Shown piece after piece: positions 1 to 15,400 of a DNA stretch of 64,000 nt (its first letter is position 1; every line of letters begins with the position of its first letter). This stretch comes from Vairimorpha necatrix (Eukaryota). The notes under the pieces are model-generated. The model was not told the DNA's origin. It made no database searches and saw only the letters and a list, made by a program, of their open reading frames with translations. The stretch covers positions 1 through 64,000 of the forward strand of contig CP142737.1 in assembly GCA_036630325.1 (NCBI GenBank), read 5' to 3'. Position numbers and translations under genes: made by a program.

Positions 1-2186
1 ACCTACCTAACCTACCTACCTACCTAACCTACCTAACCTACCTAACCTACCTACCTAACCTACCTAACCTACCTACCTAACCTACCTACCTAACCTACCT
101 ACCTACCTAACCTACCTAACCTACCTACCTACCTACCTACCTAACCTACCTAACCTACCTAACCTACCTACCTACCTACCTACCTAACCTACCTACCTAA
201 CCTACCTACCTAACCTACCTAACCTACCTAACCTACCTAACCTACCTACCTAACCTACCTAACCTACCTAACCTAACCTACCTAACCTACCTAACCTACC
301 TAACCTACCTACCTAACCTACCTAACCTACCTAACCTACCTACCTACCTAACCTACCTAACCTACCTACCTAACCTACCTAACCTACCTAACCTACCTAA
401 CCTACCTACCTAACCTAACCTACCTAACCTACCTAACCTACCTAACCTACCTAACCTACCTAACCTACCTACCTACCTACCTACCTACCTAACCTACCTA
501 CCTACCTAACCTACCTAACCTACCTACCTAACCTACCTAACCTACCTAACCTACCTACCTACCTACCTACCTAACCTACCTAACCTACCTAACCTACCTA
601 CCTAACCTACCTAACCTACCTAACCTACCTACCTAACCTAACCTAACCTACCTAACCTACCTAACCTACCTAACCTACCTACCTAACCTACCTACCTAAC
701 CTACCTAACCTACCTAACCTACCTAACCTACCTAACCTACCTAACCTACCTAACCTAACCTACCTAACCTAACCTACCTACCTACCTAACCTAACCTACC
801 TACCTACCTAACCTAACCTAACCTACCTAACCTACCTACCTACCTAACCTACCTAACCTACCTACCTACCTACCTACCTAACCTACCTACCTAACCTACC
901 TAACCTACCTAACCTAACCTACCTAACCTACCTAACCTAACCTACCTAACCTACCTAACCTACCTACCTACCTAACCTACCTACCTAACCTACCTAACCT
1001 ACCTAACCTACCTAACCTACCTAACCTACCTACCTACCTACCTACCTACCTAACCTACCTACCTAACCTACCTACCTAACCTACCTACCTACCTAACCTA
1101 CCTAACCTACCTAACCTAACCTACCTACCTACCTAACCTAACCTACCTAACCTACCTACCTACCTAACCTACCTACCTAACCTACCTAACCTACCTAACC
1201 TAACCTACCTAACCTACCTACCTACCTAACCTACCTACCTAACCTACCTAACCTAACCTAACCTAACCTAACCTACCTACCTACCTACCTACCTACCTAC
1301 CTAACCTAACCTACCTAACCTAACCTAACCTAACCTACCTAACCTACCTAACCTACCTAACCTAACCTAACCTACCTACCTACCTAACCTACCTACCTAC
1401 CTAACCTACCTAACCTACCTACCTAACCTACCTACCTAACCTACCTAACCTACCTAACCTAACCTACTACCTACCTAACCTAACCTAACCTAACCTACCT
1501 AACCTACTACCTACCTAACCTAACCTAACCTAACCTACCTAACCTAACCTACCTACCTAACCTACCTACCTAACCTACCTAACCTACCTACCTAACCTAC
1601 CTACCTACCTAACCTACCTACCTAACCTACCTACCTAACCTAACCTACCACCTACCTAAACCTACCTACCTACCTAACCTAACCTACCTACCTACCTACC
1701 TACCTACCTACCTCTACCTACCTACCTACCTACCTACCTACCTACCTACCTACCTAACCTACCTACCTACCTACCTACCTACCTACCTAACCTACCTAAC
1801 CTAACCTACCTACCTACCTACCTACCTACCTACCTAACCTACCTACCTACCTACCTACCTACCTACCTACCTAACCTACCTACCTACCTAACCTACCTAC
1901 CCTACCTACCTACCTACCTAACCTACCTACCTACCTAACCTACCTACCCTACCTAACCTACCTACCTAACCTACCTACCTACCTACCTACCTAACCTAAC
2001 CTACCTACCTACCTACCTACCTAACCTACCTAACCTACCTACCTACCTACCTACCTAACCTACCTACCTACCATACCCTACCTAACCTAACCTACCTACC
2101 TACCTAACCTACCTACCTACCTACCTAACCTACCTACCACCTACCTACCTACCCTAACCTACCTAACCTACCTAACCTAACCTAAC
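1..2186 (-). repeat. Telomeric tract of irregularly mixed TAGG and TTAGG repeats (CCTA/CCTAA on +)
   Basis: Continuous C-rich CCTA/CCTAA array from base 1, oriented as expected for a left chromosome end. Degenerate variants appear in the proximal part, and there is a sharp junction to unique sequence at ~2186. Confidence 0.95.
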
Positions 2187-2347
2187 ACGTAAGCTTTTAG
2201 CCCTCAAACCTTCGTGAATTTTTTGTTAAAAAAATTTATTAGTTAAATCAATATGTAACTAAAATAAATAAAAATTGAAAATTTGTTGATAAAATTTATC
2301 TAACTATCTTTATAATTCAATTATTTTTTTTCAGATTAATGATTATA

Positions 2348-2386
2348 TGTTATACATTTATTTAATATGAAAGTTCAACCCTAAAA
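2348..2386 (-). repeat. 3' mini-LTR (39 bp, diverged)
   Basis: tgttatacatttatttaatatgaaagttcaaccctaaaa aligns with 5454-5491 and abuts the PPT. Confidence 0.75.
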
Positions 2387-5300
2387 TCCCCCACCAAACG
2401 GGTAGTCTCACGTTACAAGCTTTTAATTTTCCATTTTTATAATCTTTTAGGTCATAATGTTGTTTCTTAATGTATCTTCAGCTATCAGTCCTTACAATAT
2501 AAGAATTATTCTCAGACTTTCCCCTCCTTTTATCAACATTTGTAAATCTTCCTTTCATACTTTTCATCTATTTACCCTTGTTTTTTCTTATTGCAATTCT
2601 CACAGCCTGATCTACTTCAAATTTTTCTCTATGCCTTAATTTAAAATTACTTGAATACACACCCTTTTTATTGTTTTCAATAAAGACTTATTTTCCTTGT
2701 TCTTTCCATGCTTCAATTGTGTTGAATTAATCGCTGTGTGTAAGAATTATTAGTTCTTACAGCTTGTTCTAGTTTTTCCTCTGGGTTTCCTTCTTTTTCA
2801 TGGATCATCGATTCCCTTATTGTTCAAATACATCGTTCTATTCTTCCATTACTCCTATGAGCTTCTAAACATACTCTCCATTGCATAATTTCGTTTTCTT
2901 TACACCAAGTTACAAACTTCTCACTGAAAATTCTTTGCCGTTATCCGTAATATATTCATCTGGGCATCTATTTTTCTAAAATTTTAGTAATAACATCACA
3001 TCCCTAAATTCCATCTTTGCGTGACATACTCTTGTTCTAAGTAGTCCATCCCTAATAGCACGTATCTTTCTATTTCCCCAATATCCATTACGTCATAAGC
3101 TACTTTTCTAATTTCTTAAATGCCAAAAAAAATTGCCACCCCCGATCGTTTTTCTGTTATTAATGCTACATATTTAACAATTTTTTAGCGATGTGGTTAT
3201 CTGGTCCTTCATACCTGGCCAGTACCATCTTTGTATAATCTTATAATGTGTTCCCTTAACTCCTCGATGATTTAATTCCTCATGAACTCTACGAATTTCT
3301 GTTCTCACTTATTTCTTTGTGTTGTATTTATTAATTTCTCCTGTTGAAAACTTCCAATAGTTTTTACCTTTTCTATTAACCATGCGCTTTATTTCTTTTT
3401 CTTTCATCTGTTTTTGGGCCGTTTCTACTTTCGCTTTTTTACTTTCACTTCGTTTTTTTAAATTGTCTACTATGAGCATATAAATACGTGATCAATTCTC
3501 CTTTTACATATTCAAAAATAAAATCGAACTCTTGTATATATTCTATCCATCTCTTAATTATGTAATTATTGAAAAACGGTTTGTTTCTAATCTCGGCCAG
3601 TGATTAATGATCTGTTATTAAATGAATTTTTCTCCCTCACAAATCTGACTCAAATTTCTTTATTCCGAATAACACTGCCAACATCTCTTTTTTACTAATC
3701 ATATATTTTTTATCTGTTAATGTTATCATTTTTGATGCCTATTGTATCGGAATCCACCTATCTATCTTGTATTCACGCAGAAGTATGGCTCCAATTCCCG
3801 TATCGCATGCATCTGTTCTTACTCTAAATATTTTTTTACTATCTACTATTTTTAATTTTTTCATATCCTTTAAACCCTCTTTGATATCCATAAAAGCTCA
3901 TTCCATATCTTTGAACCATTCCCATTTAACATCTTTTTTTAGTGCTTCTGTAAGACGTGCTGTCCGATAAGCATACTTGGGAATAAAATCTCTAAACCAG
4001 CTTGCCACCCCAAAAATCTCCCAAGCTCTTTCATGTTGTAAACCTTCTGTATTCTAATGTTTCTTGCTTTTTACTTTCGTTTTGTGTAAGGTCTTTTTAG
4101 TTAATTGTTACTCCAAGTAGTTATACTTCTCCTTTATATTGTATCTTTTTTAAGTTTCTTTTAATCCACAAGTGTTAAATTTTCGAATTACTTGTTTTAA
4201 AAAATTTTCTTGTATATTACTATCTCATGCATAAATAATAATATCATCCATGTACACCTCAACACTCTTGCCTCTAAACTTATCTAAAACTCCGTTCATC
4301 ATTCTTTGCATAATATGGGGAGCATTTTTTAATTTTTTACCATGCCATTCCATTAGTAAACTCTACCATTTATCTTAAAAGCTGTCTTATGTTTGTAAGC
4401 TCTCTCAATTATTATATGATTGAATCTTTCCTTTAGGTCTATAACCATAAATACTTTAGAACCTTGCGTTGCTTTAATATGTCTCTAATCAATGGCAATT
4501 CATACGGATCTTTTTATTCCAGTTCATTATAAGCCATCAAATTGCTTCTCAATTGTACTTTACCATTTGGTTTTTCTATGGGCTTTATTAGGCTTTTCCA
4601 TTTGCTCTTTGTCTTTCTGATAATACCTCTACTTTCTAATAAATTAATATACTTTTCTAACTTTTCTCGGTGTTTATAAGGAATATTTTGTTTCTTTTGC
4701 ACTACTTTCACTCATTGTTTTGTTTTAAAAGAACATTTTATCCCTGTTAAGTATTTTCTTTTCTCTTCGTCTTTTCACAATACCTCGAAAATTTTCCTTC
4801 TAATTCTTCATATTTATTAATATTTTTTCTTCTTTTATCTTGGTTTGAATTTTTTACATAAAAACTGTTTCTTGAGTTCTCTCTTTCTACCTCCACTGGT
4901 TGTCAATTTAAAATATTTCCTTAAATATTTTCATTTTACTATTATCACGAATGCCAAAATATTTAACACTTTTATTTTCATTAGTCTCTTTCTGTCTTCT
5001 TTACGCTCCATACAACCTCTAGCTATATGTATAATTCTTCGACATATGAACCAATGTTTTTCTTCTCGTCTTTGATATTGAAAGTTTATACTGGCACTGC
5101 TACAGTCCTAGTCAGCTATTTTTTAAACTGCTTTTTTAATTTTTCTTATATTTCCTCTACCAAATCTTCTAGTTCTCTACACCTTATTTTTTCCTTGTTC
5201 TTATTCTCTTTCTCTTCACAACTAATTTATCAATTTCATATATAATATCATACCAATTTATCATACTAATTAAATTTTTATCAATAATAAAATTTTAAAG

Positions 5301-5453
5301 TTCAGTAATTACTTGTTTCGCTTTTTCGTTGTCACATCTTGTACATCTTTTTGCATTATGATGATTGTCTCACTATCCGAGCTTCTTTTAGTAAGTTTTT
5401 TTTCTCTTAAATACAGGTCTCACTTGTTACCCTTTCGTATTTTGTGTTCGCCA

Positions 5454-5491
5454 TGTTAAACATTTATTTAATAGGAGGTTCGATTTTAACA
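5454..5491 (-). repeat. 5' mini-LTR (38 bp, TG...CA)
   Basis: tgttaaacatttatttaataggaggttcgattttaaca; on the minus strand it is followed immediately by a TGG-starting PBS. Confidence 0.75.
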
Positions 5492-8400
5492 ATATAATTA
5501 AAACTTAAAGTATTTTTGGTGTAATTCTGCAAATAAATTTATTTAATTAAATATTGTAAAAGTAAAAAATTACTTCTTTAATTTGCAATATATAATATTG
5601 TTAAAAAGGTCATTTTTGTGTTTTAACATATTGTTACTGAAAATATTCGTATTACACTAAAAAAAATAATATTTTAGCATATTATACAAATAACTTAAAT
5701 CTCGAAAGCTGTACTAACGCATATATACAGAAACAGAAACTTATACTCTTTAGGAAAACTTATGATAATGACTTTGAAAAAAAAATTGGATCATTATTCC
5801 AAGAAGTAAAAGGACTTAATAACTTGGAAACATTAAGGACTTGATTCCAGTGTTTATCTGAAAATTCAATAGAAATAACTAATTACATTTGAATATTTCA
5901 GTATAAAATTATGTGATATTAAAATAGATCTTTGAAAGTACTTAAGATTTATCAGATTAATATGATTTAATTAATTTTTATAAAATAAAATATTTTCGCA
6001 AAAATTTGTTTTTTTGAATTTTTTATGAATATTTATATCTACTTGGCTGCTGCATAGGGATGAGGCTTCTTCTAATGTACAATTCTATTTATCTATGTAT
6101 TTGCCTAACTGTCCAGGAAGTCTTTTATAATTACAAATGTTATTGTGTCTATTTTTTATGTTCTCTTTGGGATTCAAATTTTCTATGGTAGAAAATATTA
6201 TATTTTAAAAGTAAGGGGGAGTGAAAATATTGGATAATTGAAAAATAAATCCTATAAAAATCTTATTTGATATGTTATCATATTCCCTAGATATGTTTTG
6301 TTTATGTTTATATATTTTCTTTTATAACCGTTAGATTTACTTCATGCTTGATCTTCATATAATTTCAATTATGAAGAGAACTAGTTTGATATATTTTATA
6401 ACCAGTTAAAATTGTTAAATTTTTGCGTAAAAAATTGCGAATAGTTTAAAAGTAACCTATCATTATCTATAAAAATGTTTTACATAATGTGTTATGTTAA
6501 AATGTTATTTTTTTATGAATAAAAGTATTCATGTATTATTAAAAAATTTTAATTTTTTTATTAAATCATTAGATTGATTTCATTCTTTAAAAATCAAAAT
6601 GTTTATTCCAAAAAATTCATAAAGATTTTTTTGTTTTCATATTTAGAATTTAATTTATCAATATATTATTATATTTTTTTAATCAATTAATATTTAAATT
6701 AAATTAAATTTTATAATTATTAGAAATCGTCTACTGCATCTATATTTAAAATGTAATCGGGGTAATGCATTAAAATATTTACTGTCATTTTTAAAGATAA
6801 GATTTGTTTTTTAATTTATATGTTCTTACATTAAATTTTTCTTAAATTTATATAAATATCTATTAATTAGTTGCATTGGGGTTTGTTTATACTTTTTATT
6901 AACCCTTCAAGCTCTTATTGATTTATATTTTTTTAATTCTTCGGTTAGTGTAAAATATTTGTTAATAAATTTACCAATTCTGTATTTGTTTTGTTTTAAT
7001 TTTATCATAATTATAGTATTAATAATAAATACGTGGAATATATGATGTTTACTAGAAAAATTCAAATGAAGAAATACGAAATTTATTTTAAGCCTACTTT
7101 TGTGTATAAATTTACAATTTGTATATATATTGATTATCTTATCATTTGAAATGTATTTAATATGTTTTCTGACCATTATTAGATTTATTTCTTAATTATT
7201 TATCATTATTTTCATTGAAATAATTTTTTGTTTTGATATTTTATAATTTTTTTACAGTCTATAACCAAAAATTTCAAAATACTGTTGTAATAAATGATAA
7301 CAGAATGAAATGTCGTTTGTTGTGTTCCTCTATATATGTTTATATTTTATTTTCGTTGTATGTCTTTATGTTTCTTTGAGACTTTACTTTTTATAAATGA
7401 ATTTTTTTGATATTATGTGGTTTATATAAGCTACATTTTTATAATAATTTTAAAAACTTAAGTTAAGCATAAAAAATGAGTTTTTAGATATAAAGAACTT
7501 TTTAATGCTTCCTTGCGATTAATAGTATTTAATGTTTTACCATAAGAATAATTTAAATCATTTTTAAAACTTTATGAAATAATGATTGTAATTTAATATT
7601 TTTAATCTACAATTTTCTAAAACCCTCCGTGATATGGTTTCTTTTGAAATACAAATATATGAAATTTTTTAATAGATTATTTTTAGTATTTTTGTAAATT
7701 TTTCGTTATTGAATCATATGTTTCTCGTGTAGGTTGTATATATCATCATGTTTAATATCTAGGTGTAATATATTGCATTTTAAATTTTCGATTGATACAT
7801 TATTTTTAAAAAAAGATTAAGTCGTTATATGTTCTAAAACTATTCCTTATTTTAATCAGTCGTATATGTATTATTAAGAGCAAAATTTGAAATTATAAAA
7901 TTTTATAATGATCAAAAAATATTATTTTCGTTATAGTGGTTGAGACTTCGCGCTTCAAAAGTCGTAAAAATTTAATTGTATAAAAATTTTCTTCTTTTTA
8001 CTTATCTAGAATTTTTTTTAACGTTTAGTTTGAATATTTTTTATAACTATTCTAGATATTAACATTAATTTTCAAAACGAGTTTTAGTCCAATACGTTTT
8101 TTTTTAAAAAAAGTTATCCTACTACTTTAAATATATTTTCTTTTAATTATTTTTGTAATATTAACCTCAAATATCATTATTGAAATTGCATTTCGAAATA
8201 TATTAGTTTTTTCAAAGATTTTTATTGGCATTATTTTATTTTACTTGTTGATAAATCTTTGTGTATTAAAAATTTATATTGAAGTATAACTTTTCTTGAC
8301 CTTTTCATACTTAAATTTAATCTAACGCATTTTGTAGAACTATAGACAATAAATAATATCATAATTAAATTTCAATTTTTCTTCAAAAACATTTTAATAA

Positions 8401-11400
8401 CAGTTATATAAAATTTTTGATTCAAAAAATTTAAATATCTGATAATTATAAGACAAAGAACAAAATTTTTTATTTTATAAGAGGAATTTTTAAGTTTTTC
8501 TTTTAACTAATAATATTTCATTTTTATGCTAAATAATATAAATTTTTTGTTTTTATTTAAATATGTGTAAATGAATTCTTATATATTCTAAAAATTTAAT
8601 TTCTTAAGAATACTTGTAAATTTTTTAAACTAACGATATATAAATATTATTTAGGTGTTTTTTCTAAGATTCTTATTTGTTTTCCCGAAGTATTATCATA
8701 TTGTTAATATTTAATATATGCAATTCAAACTTTTCGAATTTTTTTATTTTTTTGTAAATAATCTTGAAAACGTCCAGGTGAAATATTATATAGTATTATA
8801 GTTAAGAAATACTTATTCTAAATTAACGTGTTTTTATAAGTTTTTTAATTTAAATTAAGCAAGTGTTAATCATTTTATATTATGTTATTACTCTTTATAT
8901 TACTTTAAATTATTTTCTGCTTAAAAATATAAATTTTGAAAATTATATTCCGTTAGCGTATAACTATGGCATAAAAGATTTTTTAATAAATATAGCATTT
9001 CATAATTAATTTTTTTATTGTTATTAAATGTATTGGATTTATATGCATTTCTATTCGCTCCGTATTTTTGGTTTTATTTTTTTTAATAATGCGACGCCTT
9101 TAATAAAATCTCGAACCCATTTTACAGCAACCTTATATTAAATTGTATGAGCTATTGTTTTTATTTAATTATTCATAATTGAAAATAAACTTATTATTTC
9201 TTATTATATTATAATATGGAAAATATATTTAAGTAGGGGTTCCCTAGGATTTTTAAAATCAATTACATAAATGTCGTTTCTAAGTAAAATTCTTTTTACT
9301 GTTGCTGAACGATTTTACAATGAATAGGTTTTATTTTATATTGTTAATTTAAATAATTTTCATCAATTCTTCTAATTATAATTAAATAAATGATTTTCTA
9401 ATGATTATATAATTTTACGATAATTGTTGATTGAATTTTAAATTTTTTTTTCTTTCGTAAATGAACTTTTTTATAATATTTCGATCTTCATACGTAAATT
9501 TTAATCTAAATATTATATAAAAATATTATACTTTACGGATTTAGAAGGTATTATATATAACAAAAGAGCAATTCTTAAATATTTAACCGATAGATATTTG
9601 AATTGTTTTATTTTTTTATTTCAATTAATAATAAAATAATATATTTTTATAAATATGATAAAAGTATTAATGATTTTACTTTTTAGAATTTTTTGGTCAT
9701 AATTTCTAATTTTGTGTGGTCAATAAAATTGTAAACAACAAATTAATATTTGTGACAATTGTTTTTTACCAACTTCGATTTCAAAAGTCTACAATGTTTT
9801 ATAATTGAAACTTCTTTAGAATTCTATAAACCAAAAAAATGTAATATACGAGGTCAATCTTAATTCGTTTAAAATTTTTATATAATATTTGTTTTCGATT
9901 TTTTACCATTAGTAATTATTATACTTAATAACGTGTACATATTGGTCATATATAAATATAATATAGTTGATTTTTTAGTATAATTTTCATTTATAAAATC
10001 GTCTGATATGTTCTAGATAATTAAAAAAAAACTTCATTGCTTTTTTTAATTTTATTTAAATTATACTATATGCAATATTGGGGTTTATTTTTGTTTTTCT
10101 TGGCGTAGATTTTAATCTAAAAGAAAATTTTATTTCATCTAATATCTTGATCGTATATCTTTATTTTGAATTCTTATGTATTTATCTTGCAAAGCAATAT
10201 GTATGAATCATATGTATATATTTTTTTATAATCCAATACTATCTAGTTTTAATAAATGAATATTATTTGTATCACTTCTTACTCATTCTATTTTTGATCG
10301 TAAAAGAAATTTTATTTGTTTGCTTTCGTATTTATACCAAATATAAAAGCGAAAGCTCAAATTTAAATTATCTTGTTATTACCTACGTTGTAAATTTAGA
10401 TAGATTGTAGAGTTCGTTTTAAAAATATTTTTTCTTATAACCAATATGCTCCTTCTTATTTTTTCTTTATTTCTCTGTTCTTCATAGATAAAACTTTGAA
10501 GACTAAAAATATTTTACTATTAATAACTTTATGATTATGTACTTGCTTCATAGATATTCCTTGCCCTTCATACACAAACTTTTTTTTTAAATTTTATTTT
10601 TATTGTAATCATTTTTTAGCCACGTAAGTTAAAGGTTAATTATTTTGCATGGATAAACACATATTGTAAATTTTTCATTTTTTGTTGTATTATTGATGTG
10701 TTGAAACGTTGTTGGTGAATATTTGACAGAGTAAACTTTGAAAACTGTCCTTATGATGTAATCGTTATTACACACTTCCATAAAACCTTTGTATTTAGTT
10801 TATCAAGTTTTGGTATATTTAACATTAATTTAAATGCTTTAATGCATATACATAAATTATTTTAAATAGATTTATAATCTTATTTCTTGTATATAAATAT
10901 GTCCTAATTCTTTCAACAAATATATTGTTAGACTAAATTATATGTCTTAAATGATTGTTATATAGTGTCAGACATTTCTTGTAATTAAATCACTCAATGA
11001 TTGTGTTTTAATTTCTTTTTGAAAGAATCTAATTTACTTGTTTTGAAAAATATGTTTTTACCTTGCAATAAGAAGTAAATATTGCGTTTAATTAACGTAT
11101 TTGTTTAAAGCCGAATTAATATGTTTAACTTTACTTCAATTTTTTATTTTTATGTCGATTCTGCACATAATGCGTTTCATAATTATTTTATATACAGCAA
11201 ATTATATACTTACGTACTCATATGAAAAGACAAATAAATCTAAATTTCTTAAAATATTAATTATACAGATACATACGTTGGCAACCTCTAAAAAATGTAC
11301 TAAATTGTGCAAGAAATAATTTTCAAAATAACAATATTAATATTTTCTTCAGATGTGTGAGGCTGCAGACCTGCACTGACGAATCTTGTTTATAATTATA

Positions 11401-12199
11401 CAATGATTATTGGTACTGTCAAACGTCTAAGAGTATTGTAAATAAACATTAGACATGTTTGACATTCACAAACTAAAAGTAAGACAAGTGCATGTCACAT
11501 GAAGTACTACTAATTCAGTAGAAGTTCGGTTTCATGTTTGTTTGATTACATCTCAAAGAGTTTGACAGTTAATCTGATTGACTATTTAAACGGAATTTAC
11601 CTTTGACCTACAATTCCGATGAGCAGCAAAACAAACAAATAATATAAATCAATATATAAATTTAGACTCATCACTTCAACTTCGGATCAGGCTTCATGCC
11701 GGATATAAGATGTGTAGATACTCCCTAAAAAAAAAAAATTATTAATTTGTCATATATTTATTTCTTGTTTTTATGTTTAATTCTTAGGTATTACCCAGGA
11801 GTTGGCCGCTCCTCGGATAGCATTCTATAATGCTTCTGCAAAGTATTGAAGTTTTATTTTAATTAAAGTTGTATTATTAAATCTGCCTCTCTGGGCTTTA
11901 TCTTCCTCTTCTGGGGATGCAGTGATTGATACTGCTGATTTCTAGACTCCTCTGTTCTTCTTGACATATTTTGGTGGGGGTAAAAATAAAAAGAAAATAT
12001 TTATAGAAAATTAAATTCTAGAAAATTCATTTGGAGGGAAAATATAATAATGTGGTAAATAATACCACAAATTCATATTTAATATGGAATAATATAGTTT
12101 ATTCCGGAAAATAACATAATAAATACCATTGTTATAATATATATACACAATCTTTATAAATATATAAAACATAATTACTATTATTATTCTAATAAAAAT

Positions 12200-12420
12200 G
12201 AATTTTAACGGGATATGCTAATGGTGTTTTATATTCTAGTATATTCTTAATAGGTTCCGCATTAGCATTTCCTGTTTGTAGGCAGCTTCACGGCTCTTAG
12301 TCCTTTTTAAATCGGAACCTTCACACCTCTTTTGTAGTCTATTGGAATGCTTTAGTTTGTCTTCTGTTAATCATTTTGATGTACGCTTCTAATTCTTAGA
12401 ATATTTGATAGTTTAACCTA
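12200..12420 (-). mobile_element. 3' fragment of a non-LTR retrotransposon (REL-endonuclease LINE), related to 22760-22940
   Basis: Minus-strand translation gives ELEAYI and IDYKRG in broken frames, resembling the C-terminal EAYIQ...SISxDxRRG region of such LINEs. Nucleotide similarity to 22800-22910 (taggttccgc.ttagc...cctg.ttgtagg). Confidence 0.55.
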
Positions 12421-15400
12421 TTTTTTATTTTATATAACACAACAATATTAATATTATATTATATTTTTATTTAAATTTATATTTATCTTCTTTATTATAC
12501 TCTCGAACTATCTTTTTTACTTTTTTATATATCATTTTTGTTTAATCATAATATGTTTAAATATTATTTTTTAAATATTTTTCTTAAATGAAGATAATTT
12601 CAGATCCCAAAATATTTAAACTTAAATATTACAAAAAGATTAGTTTCATTTATTATAATAGACAAGATTAATATGAACCTAGCATCGATAAAAAATATTA
12701 GAATTTTACAAGGCTTGATCTGATGATTTATCCTTCATTTAGTATTTATTGTAATATAATTTGTTGTTTTAATTATCTTTATCTCTAAAAAAGTAAAAAT
12801 CATTACAAAAAACCAAATTGCTACACACCTTTTTTACATGGCCAACATGTTTTTTCTAAATATATTTTTATTTATACTAAATTCTAGATTTTTACTGATA
12901 TATATATATATATAAAAAAATTATTCTTATTTATTAATAGAATTTTGTATCATATATACGTTTTTATGATATTTTTATTTTTAAACTCATTTAATAATTT
13001 TTTATAATAGAATGACAGTCTTTAATATGGTTAATATAATGTTCTAATTATTTATAACTTTACATTTGAAATATTTTGTTCTACTGATTCATCTTAATTA
13101 TAACTGTAAACAGTATATATGATAATTTGGTATCTATTTATTACTAATATATTATCTAAAGTTGAATGTTAACTAATAAAGACTTTCAAAGCTGATTTTA
13201 AACTTTGTCTGAATCAGTGTTAATATATACTTTATATGACAGATATGTAATTGCAATAAATTACCATATGCACAAACTTTCAAATTTTATTATATGCTAA
13301 ATTTCTTATCTAATAAATTTCGCTTTTCGATTGTTATAAATATTTCGAAAATGTTAATGATCGTTCATTAAATAATATTTCTAGACATTCTCTACTTTTC
13401 TCATAATATTACTCTCTTCCTAATTTTTTTTTTCCATGAAAGATAAGAGAAAACTATTACTTAGAATTTTGTTAACAATGAATTTAACCTCATACGTTTA
13501 TTGTAGGTAGTTTATTGATAAATTCCAATTTGAATTCTCATACAAAAAACAGAAAGTACATATTGTAAAATTTTTTCGTATCAGAACAAAAGTTTATATC
13601 TATCTTTATATTACATCGTCAAGATTCACTGCTGATAAGAAAATAAGCTTTAAATAAATTCTAAATTGCAAAACCATGTACATAATTAACTTACAAGAAT
13701 GTCACTTATCATTACATGAATCTTTTACGCGACTTCTAACATTTCTAATATTCGATCCTGCTTTCTACGGACTTCTTTGACCACCAGTTATTTGAATTTT
13801 AAAAAATGGGGATATAGAATCGTATAAAAGAATAAAAGATGACCCTAGATAAATTCTTTAGAGGTTAATTCGTCATTAACAAATTTCATTAAACACTGCA
13901 TCAATAATGTTTTTTTAAAAAACTGCCCTCTTTTTGTAAACACGGTCGATTTAAACATCGATTTTATCTCTAATTGTAAGTGAAGTTGTTCATTAATAGT
14001 AAAGTTCTATTTTTGTATTTTTTGAAGCCCATTGTTACATAAAATTTTTTAATGATTGTCAAAAAGAACTTCGTCGTGCGGAAAACAAAAAAGTTTTTTC
14101 ATAAAAACGTATATCCTAAAAGTCATTATGGAAAAGGCCTAGTTACAATGTTTTTTTGTAGTGACGTTAATCTTAAAGATAAAGGACTAGATATTAATTT
14201 TATATCTCTAAATATTTTACAAATGTTCTACATATTCAGTGTCTACTACAAAAAATATAATTTAAAAAATGTTATTAAAAGCTACTTTATACAATATTAC
14301 TTATCATTTTTTATGAAAAACTCAACTCTAATTTATATATAGAACATTCGGTTTCAGTTTATTAATACTCTATATGAGAATTTTCCTTATATTACACTAT
14401 TTATTATAAAATTGTATCAGAAAACGGTTTGTTATTTAGTTTTGAACATAATATTTTTTTATCCACTCTATATATATATATATATATTGCTATGCAAAAT
14501 TTATATTCAAATTCATTAACTTAAAAATTTCTACATAGATAGTTTTATGCCTATAATGCAAGTTGTTTTTGATTTTTACGAGTGTGTTAGTTTTGCATCA
14601 TTTTGATCCTTGTATTATATTTTTATTGTAGATCCGTTTTTGTCATTTTCAAATAATAATTGAAAAATATAAATACTTCAAATTATTATATTTTAACATA
14701 ATGTATTTTTAACTAAGAATTATTTTTATTTTTTATTTTACACAGATACCTTGAATTAAGCGGTTTTACTAATATTCTAACCTTAAAACAAGTTGATTAT
14801 ATTAATTCGACATGTATTATACGTATTAAGCGTATTTCATCTAGGTTTTATTTGTAACTTCAATATTACTTAAGATCTAGACTTTATCTACAACTGATAT
14901 TTATTAAAACAATACATCTCTATTATAGAAACAGTACAATATTCAAACTAACAATTTATAAAGATTATCAAATGTGTAACCTTATGTTTTGTTATACAAT
15001 AGAAGATAGGTTAGGATTTACGGAACAAAAAAAAAACAATGACAGTATTACTAATTTAGTATTGATACAATAGAACCTTGTCCTTTAAACGAGGAAATAA
15101 GCTATGATTCATCTTTATAAATATTGGACTGTTTTTCAAAGAAATTGTTTCTTTTATTTTGTAAAAATTAATTTCTCGCCTTTAATATTATAAATGGCTT
15201 AACCATATTATCCAATTGTTTTTGTAAAAAACAACATTTCGATAATCTTTCACCTAGGGATTTGTTTTTCTGCCAAAAAAAAATTAGTGTACGGAATTTG
15301 CTTTTAGAAATTAGAAATAAGGGCGAAACGAGTTAATTGGTTTTTTCTGCATAATTTATTTTGTGTCAAAATATTTTTAAAGTAACTTATAATGTGATTA

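Larger units (their letters stand above)
2348..5491 (-). mobile_element. Degenerate compact Ty3/Gypsy LTR retrotransposon (3144 bp), same family as 54453-57595
   Basis: Minus-strand remnants: zinc knuckle (WFICRRIIHIARGC ~5012-5053), RT (KPNGKVQLRSNLMAYN; VEVYMDDI ~4240-4265), RNase H (RTDACDTGIGA ~3790-3825), integrase (EYITDNGKE ~2930-2957). Many stops and frameshifts. Diverged direct repeats at 2348-2386 and 5454-5491, PBS TGGCGAAC starting at 5453, PPT GGTGGGGGA at 2387-2395, flanks TTATA/ATATA. Confidence 0.9.

Noticed and set aside
11354-11700. Possible solo LTR (also 19248-19400 and 24118-24215)
   Set aside because: LTR-like composition, but no matching TSD or partner copy in the window.
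11760-11985. CCCCC-preceded short minus-strand ORF MSRRTEES...
   Set aside because: Only 34 codons with no recognisable homology; possibly a gene or element remnant, but unassignable.
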